Assembly: GCA_963835065.1 (NCBI GenBank)
Contig: CAWIEK010000049.1
Location: 288,001 to 352,000, forward strand
From: an uncultured Chthonomonadaceae bacterium
GTDB taxonomy: Bacteria; Armatimonadota; Chthonomonadetes; Chthonomonadales; Chthonomonadaceae
Direction of reading: 5' to 3'
DNA: 64,000 nt
Within the stretch, counting starts at the first letter, position 1; every line of letters starts with the position of its first letter. The notes under the pieces are model-generated. The model saw only the letters and a list, made by a program, of their open reading frames with translations. It made no database searches and was not told the DNA's origin. The position numbers were made by a program, and so were the translations under genes. This document shows, in pieces, positions 1 through 11,084 of the stretch.

Positions 1-135
1 GGTCTTCCCAATTTTGATGTTGGCGGTAGTGCTTGAGATATTCTGGCTGAGATTCTCTGGCGTGGCGGAGAGTGGCGTGACCGGAAGGATCAAGGCCAGC
101 ACAGATACGATAATGGCTAAATGACTTTGCTCCAT
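1..135 (-). CDS. Partial (5' part) secreted hypothetical protein with signal peptide
   Basis: ATG at 135 preceded by an AGGGGA RBS; reads MEQSHLAIIVSVLALILPVTPLSATPEN..., open to the window edge. Confidence 0.5.
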   Translation of the reverse strand, partial: MEQSHLAIIVSVLALILPVTPLSATPENLSQNISSTTANIKIGKT

Positions 136-175
136 TGAAATGTCCCCTATTCTCTCGCCGCGCTTTGTAAGGAAT

Positions 176-694
176 TCATTCGTTTTGCGTAGATTCCAGT
201 ACGGATTCTGCCACATAAATGGGCGCTCGATACCGCAGCGCCATTGCGATAGCGTCACTTGGCCGCGCGTCAATGTCAATCACTTCTTCGCCGCGAGCGA
301 GCGTGATTTTCGCGTAGAATGTTTCCTGAAGCAGATCGTCTATGGTCACGCGCTCTACAGACGCTCCCAGGCGGTCCAGCATCGTTCGCATCAGATCGTG
401 CGTAAAGGGTCTGTCCGGGCGGTCTCCCTCAATCGCCATCGATATAGCCACGGCAACATCCCGCATAACGAAAATCTTGAACTCACGCCCATGATTGTCG
501 CGCATCAATACAAACGTCGTATTGTGCAGGGGATTGCCCGTATCCACCTCATATACATTGACGACCTTAACTTCTTTTTCGTTCAAAGCGCGTGAGGACC
601 TTGTCTCAGGCTGCCCGCCGGGCCCTTCGGACGCGCTGAAACTCTCGTCTTCCGGTCGCCAATCCCCAAACAAATCCCTAAAATCGTTGCCCAC
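176..694 (-). CDS. Bifunctional nuclease family protein (DUF151)
   Basis: RPFTHDLM, TFYAKI and IDARPSDAIAMALR motifs typical of DUF151/BFN. Confidence 0.9.
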   Translation of the reverse strand: MGNDFRDLFGDWRPEDESFSASEGPGGQPETRSSRALNEKEVKVVNVYEVDTGNPLHNTTFVLMRDNHGREFKIFVMRDVAVAISMAIEGDRPDRPFTHDLMRTMLDRLGASVERVTIDDLLQETFYAKITLARGEEVIDIDARPSDAIAMALRYRAPIYVAESVLESTQNE

Positions 695-817
695 CGCTTT
701 CCTCCACTTTCAGATTGCAAAGTGAAAATCAACCGTGAAAACACATGAAGTCCAAGGATCCCTTCAGAAACAACCGTTTGCAATCAAAGGAAATCACTGG
801 CAATCACGATATAAACT

Positions 818-2098
818 CTAATCATCGCCGCTTTTGATGGTTCTTTCCACGACGGCAAGGAATTCCTTGTTGGTTTTGGTATGCTGCAGGCGATCCTTGA
901 GCAGTTCGGTGGCTTCCAGAGGATCAAGGCCGTGCAGCAGGCGGCGCAGTTTGACGATCTGCTTGTACGTTTCTTCATCGTACAGCAATTCGTCCTTGCG
1001 CGTACTGGATTTCAGCGCAATGGCGGGAAAGATGCGCTTGTCCGCAAGGCTGCGGTCAAGCTCCACTTCCATGTTTCCCGTGCCTTTGTATTCCTCAAAG
1101 ATGAGGTCGTCCATGCGGCTTCCGGTTTCAACCAGCGCGGTAGCCAGAATGGTCAGGCTGCCGCCTTCCTCTATGTTACGCGCTGCGCCAAAGAAACGTT
1201 TCGGACGGTACAGCGCGGCGGGGTCAAGCCCACCGGCAAGGGTACGTCCGCTCGGCGTCACGGTCAGGTTGGAGGCGCGGGTATAGCGCGTCAGGCTGTC
1301 CATCAGAACAACGACATCCCGCTTGCTTTCCGCCAGTCGCTTGGCCTGTTCCAGAACCATGTCCGCCACGCGCATGTGGTTTTCCGGCGTCTCATCGAAG
1401 GTGGAACTGATCACTTCCCCCTTCACCGAGCGGCGAATGTCCGTCACTTCTTCTGGCCGCTCGTCAATCAGCAGCACGATCAGAATACATTCGGGATGGT
1501 TGACCGTGATAGCGTTGGCGATTGTTTTCAAAATCGTTGTTTTACCGGCTTTGGGTTGCGCCACGATCATGCCGCGCTGCCCCTTGCCGATGGGACAGAT
1601 AATGTCCATGATGCGCCCAACCATTTCCTGCCGCGTGGTTTCCAGCGTCAGGCGGTCATTGGGATAAATGGGCGTCAAGTCGTCAAAATTGACGCGGTTA
1701 CGCGCTACTTCTGGGTCAACGCCATTAACGCCTTCCACGCGCAATAGACCATAGTATTTTTCCGAGTCTTTGGGCGGGCGCACCTGCCCGGATACTTCAT
1801 CGCCGGTTTTCAGGCCGAACCGCTTGATCTGTGTTTGCGACACGTAAATGTCTTCGGCATTGGGCGAGAAATTGCTGCGGCGCAAAAACCCCCACCCGTC
1901 CGGCAAAATCTCCAAAATCCCTTTGGCGTGAATGTAGCCGTTGCGATCCGTTTGTATTTGCAGAATGCGCCCGATCAGCTCATCTTTGCGCGTCGAAGTG
2001 GCGCCCGTTCCCACGCCCAGGTCTCTGGCGAGTTCCTGCAAATCATTCAGGCTCTTGTTTTCCAGATCGGACAAGTTAAAACTGAGGTTGTCTTCCAT
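818..2098 (-). CDS. rho: Transcription termination factor Rho
   Basis: GILEILPDGWGFLR, PIGKGQRG, P-loop QPKAGKT, LLIDERPEEVTD, FFGAARNIEEGGSLT. An alternative in-frame start exists at 2197. Confidence 0.98.
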   Translation of the reverse strand: MEDNLSFNLSDLENKSLNDLQELARDLGVGTGATSTRKDELIGRILQIQTDRNGYIHAKGILEILPDGWGFLRRSNFSPNAEDIYVSQTQIKRFGLKTGDEVSGQVRPPKDSEKYYGLLRVEGVNGVDPEVARNRVNFDDLTPIYPNDRLTLETTRQEMVGRIMDIICPIGKGQRGMIVAQPKAGKTTILKTIANAITVNHPECILIVLLIDERPEEVTDIRRSVKGEVISSTFDETPENHMRVADMVLEQAKRLAESKRDVVVLMDSLTRYTRASNLTVTPSGRTLAGGLDPAALYRPKRFFGAARNIEEGGSLTILATALVETGSRMDDLIFEEYKGTGNMEVELDRSLADKRIFPAIALKSSTRKDELLYDEETYKQIVKLRRLLHGLDPLEATELLKDRLQHTKTNKEFLAVVERTIKSGDD

Positions 2099-2423
2099 TA
2101 TGTTTTTCGTCACCTCACGAGGATGCCCGGAAGCGATGCTTGTCGAACGCAGCCCGCTTCCGGTACAGCGCTGCGCAACGAAGGAGTGATGGTCCATTCT
2201 TCCCCATTGCTAAAGCAAGAGGACGTCAGGACGAGATTGGTAAAAATGCGATACAGATGGCAAAATGGCAAAGATGGTAAAAGCGATAAAGCAGAAGGTA
2301 ATCAGAAGAAGAACTAACGCTCACGCTTCAAGAAGAAATACCGAAAGAAATACACGCGAATCAGCAACCAGAACAAAAACCAACAGCCGTCAGCACAAAG
2401 ATCAACAGCCATTTTCATCAACA

Positions 2424-2996
2424 TCAATCATTGGGGCTGTCAAAGTTTACAACGCCGATGTAGCGCAGATTGCGGTATTGTTCCGCATAGTCCATGCCAT
2501 AGCCCACAACAAACTTGTCTTCGATTTCAAAGCCGCGATAATCCACATCAATTTGTACTTGCCGACGGGCGGGCTTGTCCAGCAAAACGCACACTTTCAC
2601 GCTGCGGGCATGGCGGGCGCGAAGCGTTTCAATCAGATAGCTGAACCGCAAGGTCAGGCCGGTATCCAGTATGTCCTCGACAATCAAGACATGCTTGCCT
2701 GCGACAGCCGCTTCCAAATCCTTCAGGACGCGCACCTCGCCGGATGTTTTGGTGGCGGCTCCGTAAGACGACACAGCCACAAAATCGAATTCTACCGGGC
2801 GCTCAATGCACCGCACGAGATCGGATAGAAATAGCGTTGCGCCTTTAAGGACGCCGACGAGCAGCAGCGGCTCCGCGCGGTCAGGATAATCGCGGGTGAT
2901 GGCCTCACCAATTTCCCTCACCCGCTGCTGTATGACCTCTTCGGACATAAGTTCCGTCAGGAAGTGGTCAGGCAGCGCCCCGGTTTGTTCCTCCAT
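2424..2996 (-). CDS. hpt: Hypoxanthine phosphoribosyltransferase
   Basis: VGVLKGA, PRPP motif VLIVEDILDTGLTL, FVVGYGMDYAEQYRNL. Start 2996 or 3008. Confidence 0.96.
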   Translation of the reverse strand: MEEQTGALPDHFLTELMSEEVIQQRVREIGEAITRDYPDRAEPLLLVGVLKGATLFLSDLVRCIERPVEFDFVAVSSYGAATKTSGEVRVLKDLEAAVAGKHVLIVEDILDTGLTLRFSYLIETLRARHARSVKVCVLLDKPARRQVQIDVDYRGFEIEDKFVVGYGMDYAEQYRNLRYIGVVNFDSPND

Positions 2997-3023
2997 CCCC
3001 TCTCCCATCTGTTCCTGACTATC

Positions 3024-3114
3024 GGTGTTCGGTATTGGGTGTTGGGAAATGCGTACCTGCTTAACACAAGATAACATGCGAGTAAATCGAAAACCAACAC
3101 CCAATACCCAACAT
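3024..3114. repeat. Inverted pair of GGTGTTG/CCAACAC heptamer arrays upstream of hpt
   Basis: ggtgttc-ggtattg-ggtgttg (3024-3044) and ccaacac-ccaatac-ccaacat (3094-3114). Confidence 0.8.
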
Positions 3115-3190
3115 CCACCTACACTATATATTCACACTCCCACTGACTTTTAGAAGGTCGAGCCACCACTATTTTGAAAAATTATGAAAT

Positions 3191-4864
3191 TCATTCCCAT
3201 TCGATAGTGGCGGGAGGTTTGGAACTGATGTCGTAAACAACGCGGTTGATGCCGGGAACTTCATTGACGATGCGGGCGCTGATGCGTTCCAGCACATCGT
3301 AAGGGATACGCGCCCACTTCGCGGTCATAAAATCGTCGGTGGTCACGGCGCGTAAAATGATGGGATGGGCATACGTGCGCTGATCTCCCATGACGCCCAC
3401 GCTGCGGATCGTCGCCAGTACCGCCAGCGCCTGACTGTACTCCCGGTAAAGACTGGCCGCGTGAAGCTCGTTCAGGAAAATTTCATCCGCGCGCTGCAAG
3501 GTGTCCAGGCGTTCGGCGGTAACATCGCCCAGGATGCGGATCGCAAGGCCGGGTCCGGGAAAGGGGTGACGCCAGACAATGCTGTCCGGCAGGCCGAGTT
3601 CAGAGGCGGCGGCGCGGGCCTCGTCCTTGAACAGCAGCCGCAGGGGTTCGATTACCTTTAAAACCATGTCTTCGGGCAGGCCACCGACATTATGGTGTGT
3701 CTTGATGGTCTGCGCGTGCTTGCTGCCGCCCGATTCGATTACATCCGGGTACAGCGTTCCCTGTGCCAGAAACTCCACTCCCTGTAGATTATCGGCATGT
3801 TCTTCAAAAACGCGCACAAACTCATTGCCGATAATTTTACGCTTTTGTTCCGGGTCGGTAATTCCCGCCAATTTCGCCAGAAACCGCTCCCGCGCATCGG
3901 CGTAGATAAGGTTGATACCGAACGCGGCGGCGAAATCGTCTCGCACCTGTTCTGCTTCGCCGCGCCGCAGCAGGCCGTGATCTACAAAAATGCACGTCAA
4001 CTGATCGCCAATCGCCCTGTGCATCAGCGCTGCCACGCAGCAGCTGTCAATGCCGCCGGAAACGCCGCACACAACGCCTGCCGTACCCACTGTTGCGCGA
4101 ATTTGGGAGATAGCTTGTTCTACGAAATTGGCAGGCGTCCAGGTTCCCTGACAGCCGCACGGCCCCAGAACAAACGCCCGCAGCAGTTCGGCTCCAAAAG
4201 GTGTATGCGCCACTTCGGGATGGAATTGAACGCTGTACAAGCGCCGCGCTTCATCAAACATCGCGGCGACGGGCGTACTGGCCGTCGTAGCCGCGACAGT
4301 AAAGCCGGGTGGCGGAGCCAGTACCGTATCGCCGTGACTCATCCAGCAAGGCAGTTTTGCGCCTTCACTGGCGATGTTCTTAAAAAGAGGTTCGGCGCGA
4401 ACTACGGTTATCTCTGCATCCCCATATTCCCGTTCCTGCGCAGGCCGCACTTCCCCACCCAACTGATGCGCCATTAACTGCTGGCCGTAGCAGATACCCA
4501 AAATGGGAACGCCGAGATTATATATGTCCGCGTCGGAATGAGGAGCGCCGTCTTCATACACGCTGGACGGCCCGCCTGAAAATATAATGCCGCGCGGCTT
4601 TCGCGCCGCGAGTTCTGCCGCCGGCGTATTGAAGGGCAAAATTTCGCTGTAAACATGACATTCGCGGACGCGCCGAGCAATTAGCTGCGTATACTGAGCG
4701 CCAAAATCCAGTATCAGCACCAGTTCCTGAGCAGCCTTGACGCTTTCCTGTTCCTGAACCGTTGTCGCAGACGCGCCGGAACCATCATCAACCCTGCTAT
4801 CGAAACGGGAAACAGGGTCGGCATTGAGCGCGAGTTCGCTTATCGGCATGGGTTCTAATTGCAT
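3191..4864 (-). CDS. guaA: GMP synthase (glutamine-hydrolysing)
   Basis: [57 protein letters not shown]. Start uncertain. Confidence 0.98.
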   Translation of the reverse strand: MQLEPMPISELALNADPVSRFDSRVDDGSGASATTVQEQESVKAAQELVLILDFGAQYTQLIARRVRECHVYSEILPFNTPAAELAARKPRGIIFSGGPSSVYEDGAPHSDADIYNLGVPILGICYGQQLMAHQLGGEVRPAQEREYGDAEITVVRAEPLFKNIASEGAKLPCWMSHGDTVLAPPPGFTVAATTASTPVAAMFDEARRLYSVQFHPEVAHTPFGAELLRAFVLGPCGCQGTWTPANFVEQAISQIRATVGTAGVVCGVSGGIDSCCVAALMHRAIGDQLTCIFVDHGLLRRGEAEQVRDDFAAAFGINLIYADARERFLAKLAGITDPEQKRKIIGNEFVRVFEEHADNLQGVEFLAQGTLYPDVIESGGSKHAQTIKTHHNVGGLPEDMVLKVIEPLRLLFKDEARAAASELGLPDSIVWRHPFPGPGLAIRILGDVTAERLDTLQRADEIFLNELHAASLYREYSQALAVLATIRSVGVMGDQRTYAHPIILRAVTTDDFMTAKWARIPYDVLERISARIVNEVPGINRVVYDISSKPPATIEWE

Positions 4865-5194
4865 AATGCGGGAGTTTCCTGAATTCGCGCCGGTGCAAAA
4901 AGGCACACAGACTGCGCGGGTTTGTTCGGAAATCAGTATTGGAATATCGGGGTCGAACAGGGATTGACAGCGAATGACAGATACTCAAGAATTCGCCTGA
5001 AGTCACCTTCGGCGGGTATCGGGTCACAAGCAAGAACAATGTAAAAAGAGTAACCGGGTTAAAAGGGAAAAGACGCAAATGCCACGTCAGTGCAGAACGA
5101 ACATGCCAGTGCAAAGCCAAAAACACAATTGGGGCAACAATGGCCTGTGGGCAAACGCGGAGGACCAAGCGCGGAAGGGCTTGATTTCTCTTCT

Positions 5195-5223
5195 AGTATA
5201 GCGCATATTCTGCTCTGCGTCAA
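5195..5223 (-). promoter_or_regulatory. Sigma70-type promoter for guaA-hpt-rho
   Basis: Minus strand TTGACG-17 bp-TATACT. Confidence 0.75.
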
Positions 5224-5327
5224 GGCATAGCGCGTAAAAACCGCTAAATAATCTCATTTTTCAGTAAAAAGACGTAACTTCAGCCTTTTCAGCGCCTCAT
5301 TCACGCCTATCATCCTACCAATCATCC

Positions 5328-6152
5328 TCAGTAATTCTCTTCCGGCGCGTCTTCCGCATCGTTTTCCTCATCGCCGCGCTCCAGACGTTCCGCCTGTATC
5401 ACTTCGCGCGGCGTTTCTTCTTCCAATCGGGCTTGGGGCGTATCCAGCCACGCCTCATAACTCTGAAACAGATGTTCGCGGACGGCTTCCACATCCAGGC
5501 CACTGTGAAGCAACTGCTCCCGCTCTCGTTGCCAGTTGTCGTTGGCCTCGCGGTGCAGCGTAGACTCGCGCCAGCCCATCACATCTCCCCACTCCAGGCC
5601 ATCCCCTATCTCGCGGGGCAGCCACAAACTGCGGGTATCCAGATCATCTTCCAGTTCGGCGCACCACTCGCGGAAGCCCATTTCCCAGGCGCGTTCATCT
5701 ACGCTGTTCAGCGCGGCGTACTCCCGGCGCCGTTTGGCATAAAAGGCCGTATCGTCCAGCACGGACTCAACCCATTCCGGGGCAAGTTCAGGATGTTCGC
5801 GGCGCAAGTATCCGAAAAAGCGGTGCAGCGAGTCGGGCAGGCGCTCCTCGATTTCTTCTTCCGCCTGCGCCTTGCGTATGTAATGGCTGAACATGAACCA
5901 GCGCAGTTCAAATTCGTTGATGTCGGCAATGCTTTTCTGATACTGATTGGCAAGGTAATCTACGAGGAACTCGGCATTGAAACTGTCCTGTTCCGCAATG
6001 CGCGACCCCAATTCCAGCCCGGTATCCACCCAGTTGGAAAAGGCGTCCAGTTGCTCATAGCCTAAATCCAGCAGTTCCTGAATATCCGCATTATTGTCTT
6101 CGCTGTCGCGGCTCCATCCCCCTTCGGGAATGTCATCATCAGCACCGTTCAT
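5328..6152 (-). CDS. Acidic hypothetical protein (possible integrase SAM-like helical domain plus C-terminal WLDTP...TP motif)
   Basis: 274-aa ORF with a GAGGGCGG RBS-like site; no clear family recognised. Confidence 0.7.
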   Translation of the reverse strand: MNGADDDIPEGGWSRDSEDNNADIQELLDLGYEQLDAFSNWVDTGLELGSRIAEQDSFNAEFLVDYLANQYQKSIADINEFELRWFMFSHYIRKAQAEEEIEERLPDSLHRFFGYLRREHPELAPEWVESVLDDTAFYAKRRREYAALNSVDERAWEMGFREWCAELEDDLDTRSLWLPREIGDGLEWGDVMGWRESTLHREANDNWQREREQLLHSGLDVEAVREHLFQSYEAWLDTPQARLEEETPREVIQAERLERGDEENDAEDAPEENY

Positions 6153-6331
6153 ACCCGCCCTCTATTTCCCACATCAAGATTATCACTCTTACGACTTCCA
6201 CATCTCGCCACGAAATCTTATACCCCGTTCAACGCAGAACTAAGCCAAACAGTTCCATCAGAAGTGGAGAGTGCTGAGTGAGTGTGAGAGTGAAATGGGC
6301 TTCTACTCCCCATTCCCTACTCCCTACTCCC

Positions 6332-7669
6332 TTATACCGTCGCCTGCACACTTGTCATAAACAGCAGCGCCAGAACGGCGAGAATGGCTAACAAGGCGGC
6401 TCCGGCATGGCCTTTGTACTTGGGAGGGAAGCAAGCCTGCCAGCCCATTGCCAGCAGCAGGCAGATCGGCAGCATCGCCGGGTACAGATACCGTCCTTGC
6501 GCCTGAAAATACTTGCTCAGAAAAAGCGCAAACGACGCGCCGACAAGAATTAACGTTGCCATCAGCAACTGAATGAACTTCTGCTGCGCTTCCGTGAATA
6601 CGGTTTTGCGGACGAAATGCAGGCGTATCAACCCACCCAACGCGCTGATGCAAACCAGCAGGGGCAAAATGTAAATCTGAATGGGCAGAAACAATTGATC
6701 GCCAATCCTGGCTGAATCCTTGTTGCCGTACACAGCCCAAAAACTGAGAAACGAGCGTAACGAAACGGCTTTAACATACTCGAACGTTCCAATATGCGCA
6801 ATAAACGCGCTTGCCTGCGCCGTGCCGCCAAATGCCTGATTAAAGGTTTTCAGCGGCAGCAGTTCCCCGTACAACTGCTGATTGCGAACCAGCCACCACC
6901 CGCTGATAACGAGCATCAGCGTCAGCGCCCACAGCAGATTGCGGGCAAGATTGGCCGCAGGTTCCCCACCCCGCCACAGCAGCGCAAGCGCCAGCAATGT
7001 CACCGGCAGGAGCAGCAGCGCGGTTACTTTCGTCAGCAGGGCAAGGCCGAGGAGGATGCCGAGCCATCCCGCCCGCCACAGGGAAAAACCGCGCAGCAGG
7101 GATTGCGCCAGCAGCCACAAACACGCGCTGAACCACGCTTCCAAAAGAACGTCATTGTTGATCGTCGAGGTAATGGCGATATGGGACGGCAATAAAGCGG
7201 CAACGCCTGCCGCCACAACAGCCAGAATCGGCTCATCGGGGAACATCAGGCGGGCAGTGGAATACACGAGCAGGATACAAACAAGGCCGAGCATAATGGA
7301 CGCGACCCGCATTCCCTGTCCGCCCAACGGCACAAACAGGCGCGTCCACACGTAATACAACGGCGGCTGATGCCATTCATACGCTTGCCCGCTTTTGTCC
7401 AGCGTAGCCGACGCCTGCGTGGGCAGATGCCCCGACACCAAACTTTGTACGTAACGAACATGCGCAGCCTCGTCCGGCGCGTTTTGATAGCCCGTTTGCC
7501 CAACCGGAACCCAACTCGCGTGAAGCCCTGCCAGAACCAGATAAACTAGCAGAAGAAGGGGCAGTACGGCCTTCCACGCTCCGGGCAGGGGTTGCGGCGC
7601 GGGCGGAAGCGGCGACAGGGGCGGGCCGGGATCGCTCAAAAGCGGCTTACGGCGCGGCGGACGGCTCAC
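6332..7669 (-). CDS. GT-C fold glycosyltransferase (family 39/ArnT/DUF2142-like) membrane protein
   Basis: APDEAAHVRY, YEWHQPPLYY, INNDVL, LALLTK, QAQGRYLYP; multiple TM helices. GTG start overlaps the upstream TGA and has a GGAGG RBS. Confidence 0.85.
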   Translation of the reverse strand: MSRPPRRKPLLSDPGPPLSPLPPAPQPLPGAWKAVLPLLLLVYLVLAGLHASWVPVGQTGYQNAPDEAAHVRYVQSLVSGHLPTQASATLDKSGQAYEWHQPPLYYVWTRLFVPLGGQGMRVASIMLGLVCILLVYSTARLMFPDEPILAVVAAGVAALLPSHIAITSTINNDVLLEAWFSACLWLLAQSLLRGFSLWRAGWLGILLGLALLTKVTALLLLPVTLLALALLWRGGEPAANLARNLLWALTLMLVISGWWLVRNQQLYGELLPLKTFNQAFGGTAQASAFIAHIGTFEYVKAVSLRSFLSFWAVYGNKDSARIGDQLFLPIQIYILPLLVCISALGGLIRLHFVRKTVFTEAQQKFIQLLMATLILVGASFALFLSKYFQAQGRYLYPAMLPICLLLAMGWQACFPPKYKGHAGAALLAILAVLALLFMTSVQATV

Positions 7670-9979
7670 GGCTTCCCTCCCTGTGGCGCAATGCTTGACG
7701 GCGCGACATTTTGCGGCGTAACATTCGGCGACATGCCTTGGGGCGCGGCGTTCGGCGCATCGCTCGTACTTTTCATTTGCATCACCACGCAGCCATGTTC
7801 GTTGAAAATCGGCGTCCACAAGCCCCGCTTGATGGCGTCGCCCATCAGTTGATGCCCCCGATCTCCCGCCGCGCCTGTGGTCAGGCCCTCCACATACCAC
7901 TTTTGCAGCGCATCAACTTCCACGCCGTTCGGCCCACCCGGAAAATCAGGGTCACGAGTTCGGCCCGTTGTTTTGCGCCGCCTGATTGAGATTTATCAAG
8001 GCGTATTCAATCCCGTGCCCGCGAAACCACACGGTCAGTTCCGCGCCGTTTTGCAGCGTTTCGTAAGGAATGTAGGACGAGTGCTGCTGATTAGCCCACA
8101 CATACAACCGATCCAGATAAAAGCCCCGCGTTTCATCCACAAGAGCGATACCGGCGCTTGGGGGAGTGTTCTGGTTAATCCATTGTTCGGCATCATAAGC
8201 GTCGAAGTGTCGGCGTAAATCCATGTCCCATGCCTGCGGCTGCGCCAGATTAGCGAACAGGGTCGGAACCGACACGCTGGAAGGCATTTGTCCCAATTGC
8301 GTCAACGCCCTGCGCTCATCCCCATTGGCGTTCATCGGCAGCGTACACACAGACAGCAGCACATAGCCAGCCTGCCCGAAAACAGCGACAATGCCCAATA
8401 CGCCCGGCACTTGGGCGAATGTCAGGCGTGGCAGGCGTTTCGCGCTACTACTGTCAGCATTACCGCTACTCTCCGTAAACACAAACCGACACGCGGCATA
8501 CGCGCCCACAATGGCAAACAAAGGCATTACCTGAATCAGATAACGCCCCACCTGCGACAATATAAACCACGCCAGAACCTGCCCCATGCCAAGCCACAGC
8601 AGACCGCGAACGGCAGGCGATATTCGACGGACAAACGCTAAGGGAAACACAAGCGCGGCGTACAATCCCCCAAACAACGCCGTAAAATTATATTCCCCCG
8701 GATTGCAGTACAGGACGCTCGATTTCACGTTCGGGCGCGTCAGCAAATGCCAGGGAACCTGTAGGATATTCAGCAGCTTGCTGCGAACATCCGGCGACAG
8801 AGGCTTAGTTCCGAACTTGTCCTGCTCCGATTGATAGGAAGCCGCGCGTTCCAGACTCCAATAACGGCTCTGCGGAAACGCTTTCGTCACAAACGGATAC
8901 ACGGGATTGCGCATCACAACGATGTTCTTCACGTACCAGGGCGACCCAATCGCCAGCGCAACACCGACAAACAACGCAGTCTTTCGGATTGGAACCCGCG
9001 TCAACAACAGCATGATCGTCATCAACCCGAACGGCACAAGCGCCAGATACTTCATCCCCAGCGCGAAGCCCATGAGCGCCCCGGAAAGGAGGAGAAGGGA
9101 ACAGGGAACAGGGAACAGGGAACAGGTATCTGCTTGTTTTGATAAAGGCGGTAATTGTACATCTTCTGTCTTCTGTCTTCTGTCTTCTGCGACCTCCCTG
9201 TTCCCTAACCCCGAAACAAGCGCAAAGGCGGCGAGCGTGGTGTACGTGGCGAGGCCGACATCTATGTACGCGACACTGCACTCCCACAGTACCATCGGGG
9301 TCGTGACGAACACGACGGACGCCAGCCAGCCGACAACAGGCCGCAATACCCGGCTGCAAAAGCCGATTATGCCCATCACAAGGAAGCCGGCTAACAGCAA
9401 ATGGAACAGATTGGAAAGCGCGTAGCCATTGTAAAGCAATCCTGCGGCGAAGAGCATTTCCAGGGTAAACGGAAAGTTGCTGTGATGCTCGGTAGGAAGG
9501 TTGGGAATACGATGCTGAAGCAGAAACAGCTTTGGATCGGCAAGATGATAGGAAAGCGCGTCCCATTCCAGCGGTCCCGGCGGACGAAAACAGGCGAGGA
9601 GCGCAATTAAGCCGAAAACAATCAGAAAAATTACGCAGGCGATAATCAGCCCCGTTTCCAAGCCCCACTTTGATGCCGATGCGACAGCAGCGTTACGCTT
9701 GCGCTGTCGCCAAGACTGAAAATCGCTGCCATAACCACGCCAACCACCCCACCCTGCCGCTGCCAGCGCCAGCCACCAACAAGTGACCGGCCAGAAAGAT
9801 AACAGTCCTGCCAGGCCGAGCGCGTACACGCCATAGGCGGCAATGCCCAGGCCAAGCGCCCCGCCATAAGCCAGGCGTTCCAAGGGCGCAAAGATGGGAA
9901 GATCAAGCCGATCCAGCAGCGCGCGTCCAACGGCAGCGGCAATGCAAGCAAATAGTATTATCAGCAACAGTGCAATCAT
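7666..9979 (-). CDS. GT-C-type (ArnT-like) polytopic membrane protein; apparent frameshift near 7957-7975
   Basis: WDALSYHLADPK, AYIDVG, GMKY, PWYVKN...NPVYPF. ORF 7952-9979 continues in another frame (RDPDFPGGPNGVEV...) to a TGA at 7666 that is coupled to the next gene. Confidence 0.75.
9096..9206. repeat. In-frame heptamer-repeat insertion: (AGGGAAC)4 ... (TCTTCTG)4 ... CCCTGTTCCCT
   Basis: Seen directly; translates as GNREVAEDRRQKTED...[10 protein letters not shown] within the membrane protein. Confidence 0.9.
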
Positions 9980-10016
9980 ATTGTAAGGTATGGAACCGTC
10001 GTCACGAAATGTCGGC

Positions 10017-11066
10017 TTATGTTTGGTCTATGATTTGGCGCAATTGCTGTATCTGCGCTTCCATTTCACTCTCTGAGGGCGATTTGGGCAGAGGCAGCAA
10101 TTCAGCGCTCAGTTGCGGCTTGGCATTGCCTGTGTCGGGCAAACCGGCAATAGAATTATTACGCGAAATAGCAATATACCCGACATGATGCCCGAAACAG
10201 CCGGTCTGTACGATAAGCGTATCCCCTACCCTCTCGCCATTTTCTAATCGCGTGTGCGAGTGTCCGCCAATTATCAAGTCAATGCCCGGAACCGCTTCCG
10301 CCAGTTTCCTGTCCTGCGCGTACCCGATATGGGTCAGCGCAATCATAACATCCGGCTGATACTCCGCCTGCAATTGCGGCACGAGACGCTTGGCAGTGAC
10401 AATGGGATTTTCAAACAGATATGCGGAAACATGGCGGGCGGACATACGCTCCGTTACCATCGGAACCGTCAGGCCGAAAACAACAACGCACAGCGTGGTT
10501 CCGTCTGTTGCCTGCAAGGTACGAACAATATAGGAACGCGCGGGAGGATCGGTTTGCTGTTTCTCCTGTGTTTGCCGCGCGTTTGCTGACGTTTGCCCTG
10601 TATCATCGCCGCTTCCAACACAGTCAAGATTCAAATTGTTACTATGTTCGGCTTGTCCAGATGGTCGCACATTCGCGCAAAGGATAGGAAACTGCGCCAG
10701 TCCTACTTTGCAGTGAAAACCGGTACGCGACACATGGAATTCGCGGTTGCCCACTGTCATGGCATCGTAGCAGATCTCATTCATGGTCTTGAGGATCGCT
10801 TCGCCCCAGGGCTTGAACGTGACATTGCCGGAAGCAACGGCATCCCCGGCATCCAGCAACAGCCCCTGTTTGCCGACAGCCTGCCGCAAGCGCCGCAAGC
10901 AATCCGCCTGCATGGAAGTCAGATGATTATGAAAATCGTTGGTATGTAGGAGGATGAACACAATAGTTCCCAGGCGACTGGCGTATGCGATTGGCAGAAG
11001 GGAGGACAAAGCCGCAACTATCAGTGTCCAGTATACCATACGCGCCAACATACAAATTCTGCGCAA
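10017..11066 (-). CDS. Metallophosphoesterase, 5'-nucleotidase-like N-terminal domain
   Basis: LHTNDFH, LDAGD, VGNRE, ALTHIG, IIGGHSH motifs. True start probably near 10961. Confidence 0.88.
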   Translation of the reverse strand: MRRICMLARMVYWTLIVAALSSLLPIAYASRLGTIVFILLHTNDFHNHLTSMQADCLRRLRQAVGKQGLLLDAGDAVASGNVTFKPWGEAILKTMNEICYDAMTVGNREFHVSRTGFHCKVGLAQFPILCANVRPSGQAEHSNNLNLDCVGSGDDTGQTSANARQTQEKQQTDPPARSYIVRTLQATDGTTLCVVVFGLTVPMVTERMSARHVSAYLFENPIVTAKRLVPQLQAEYQPDVMIALTHIGYAQDRKLAEAVPGIDLIIGGHSHTRLENGERVGDTLIVQTGCFGHHVGYIAISRNNSIAGLPDTGNAKPQLSAELLPLPKSPSESEMEAQIQQLRQIIDQT

Positions 11067-11084
11067 GGCACAATTAGCGGATTG

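Noticed and set aside
7670..7900. N-terminal extension of ORF 6332-7900
   Set aside because: It overlaps the shifted C-terminus of the upstream gene; the GTG at 7669 has an RBS and translational coupling.
7952..7954. TGA as a selenocysteine readthrough codon (selB is in the window)
   Set aside because: A second TGA follows two codons later and the continuation is in another frame, so a frameshift explains it better.
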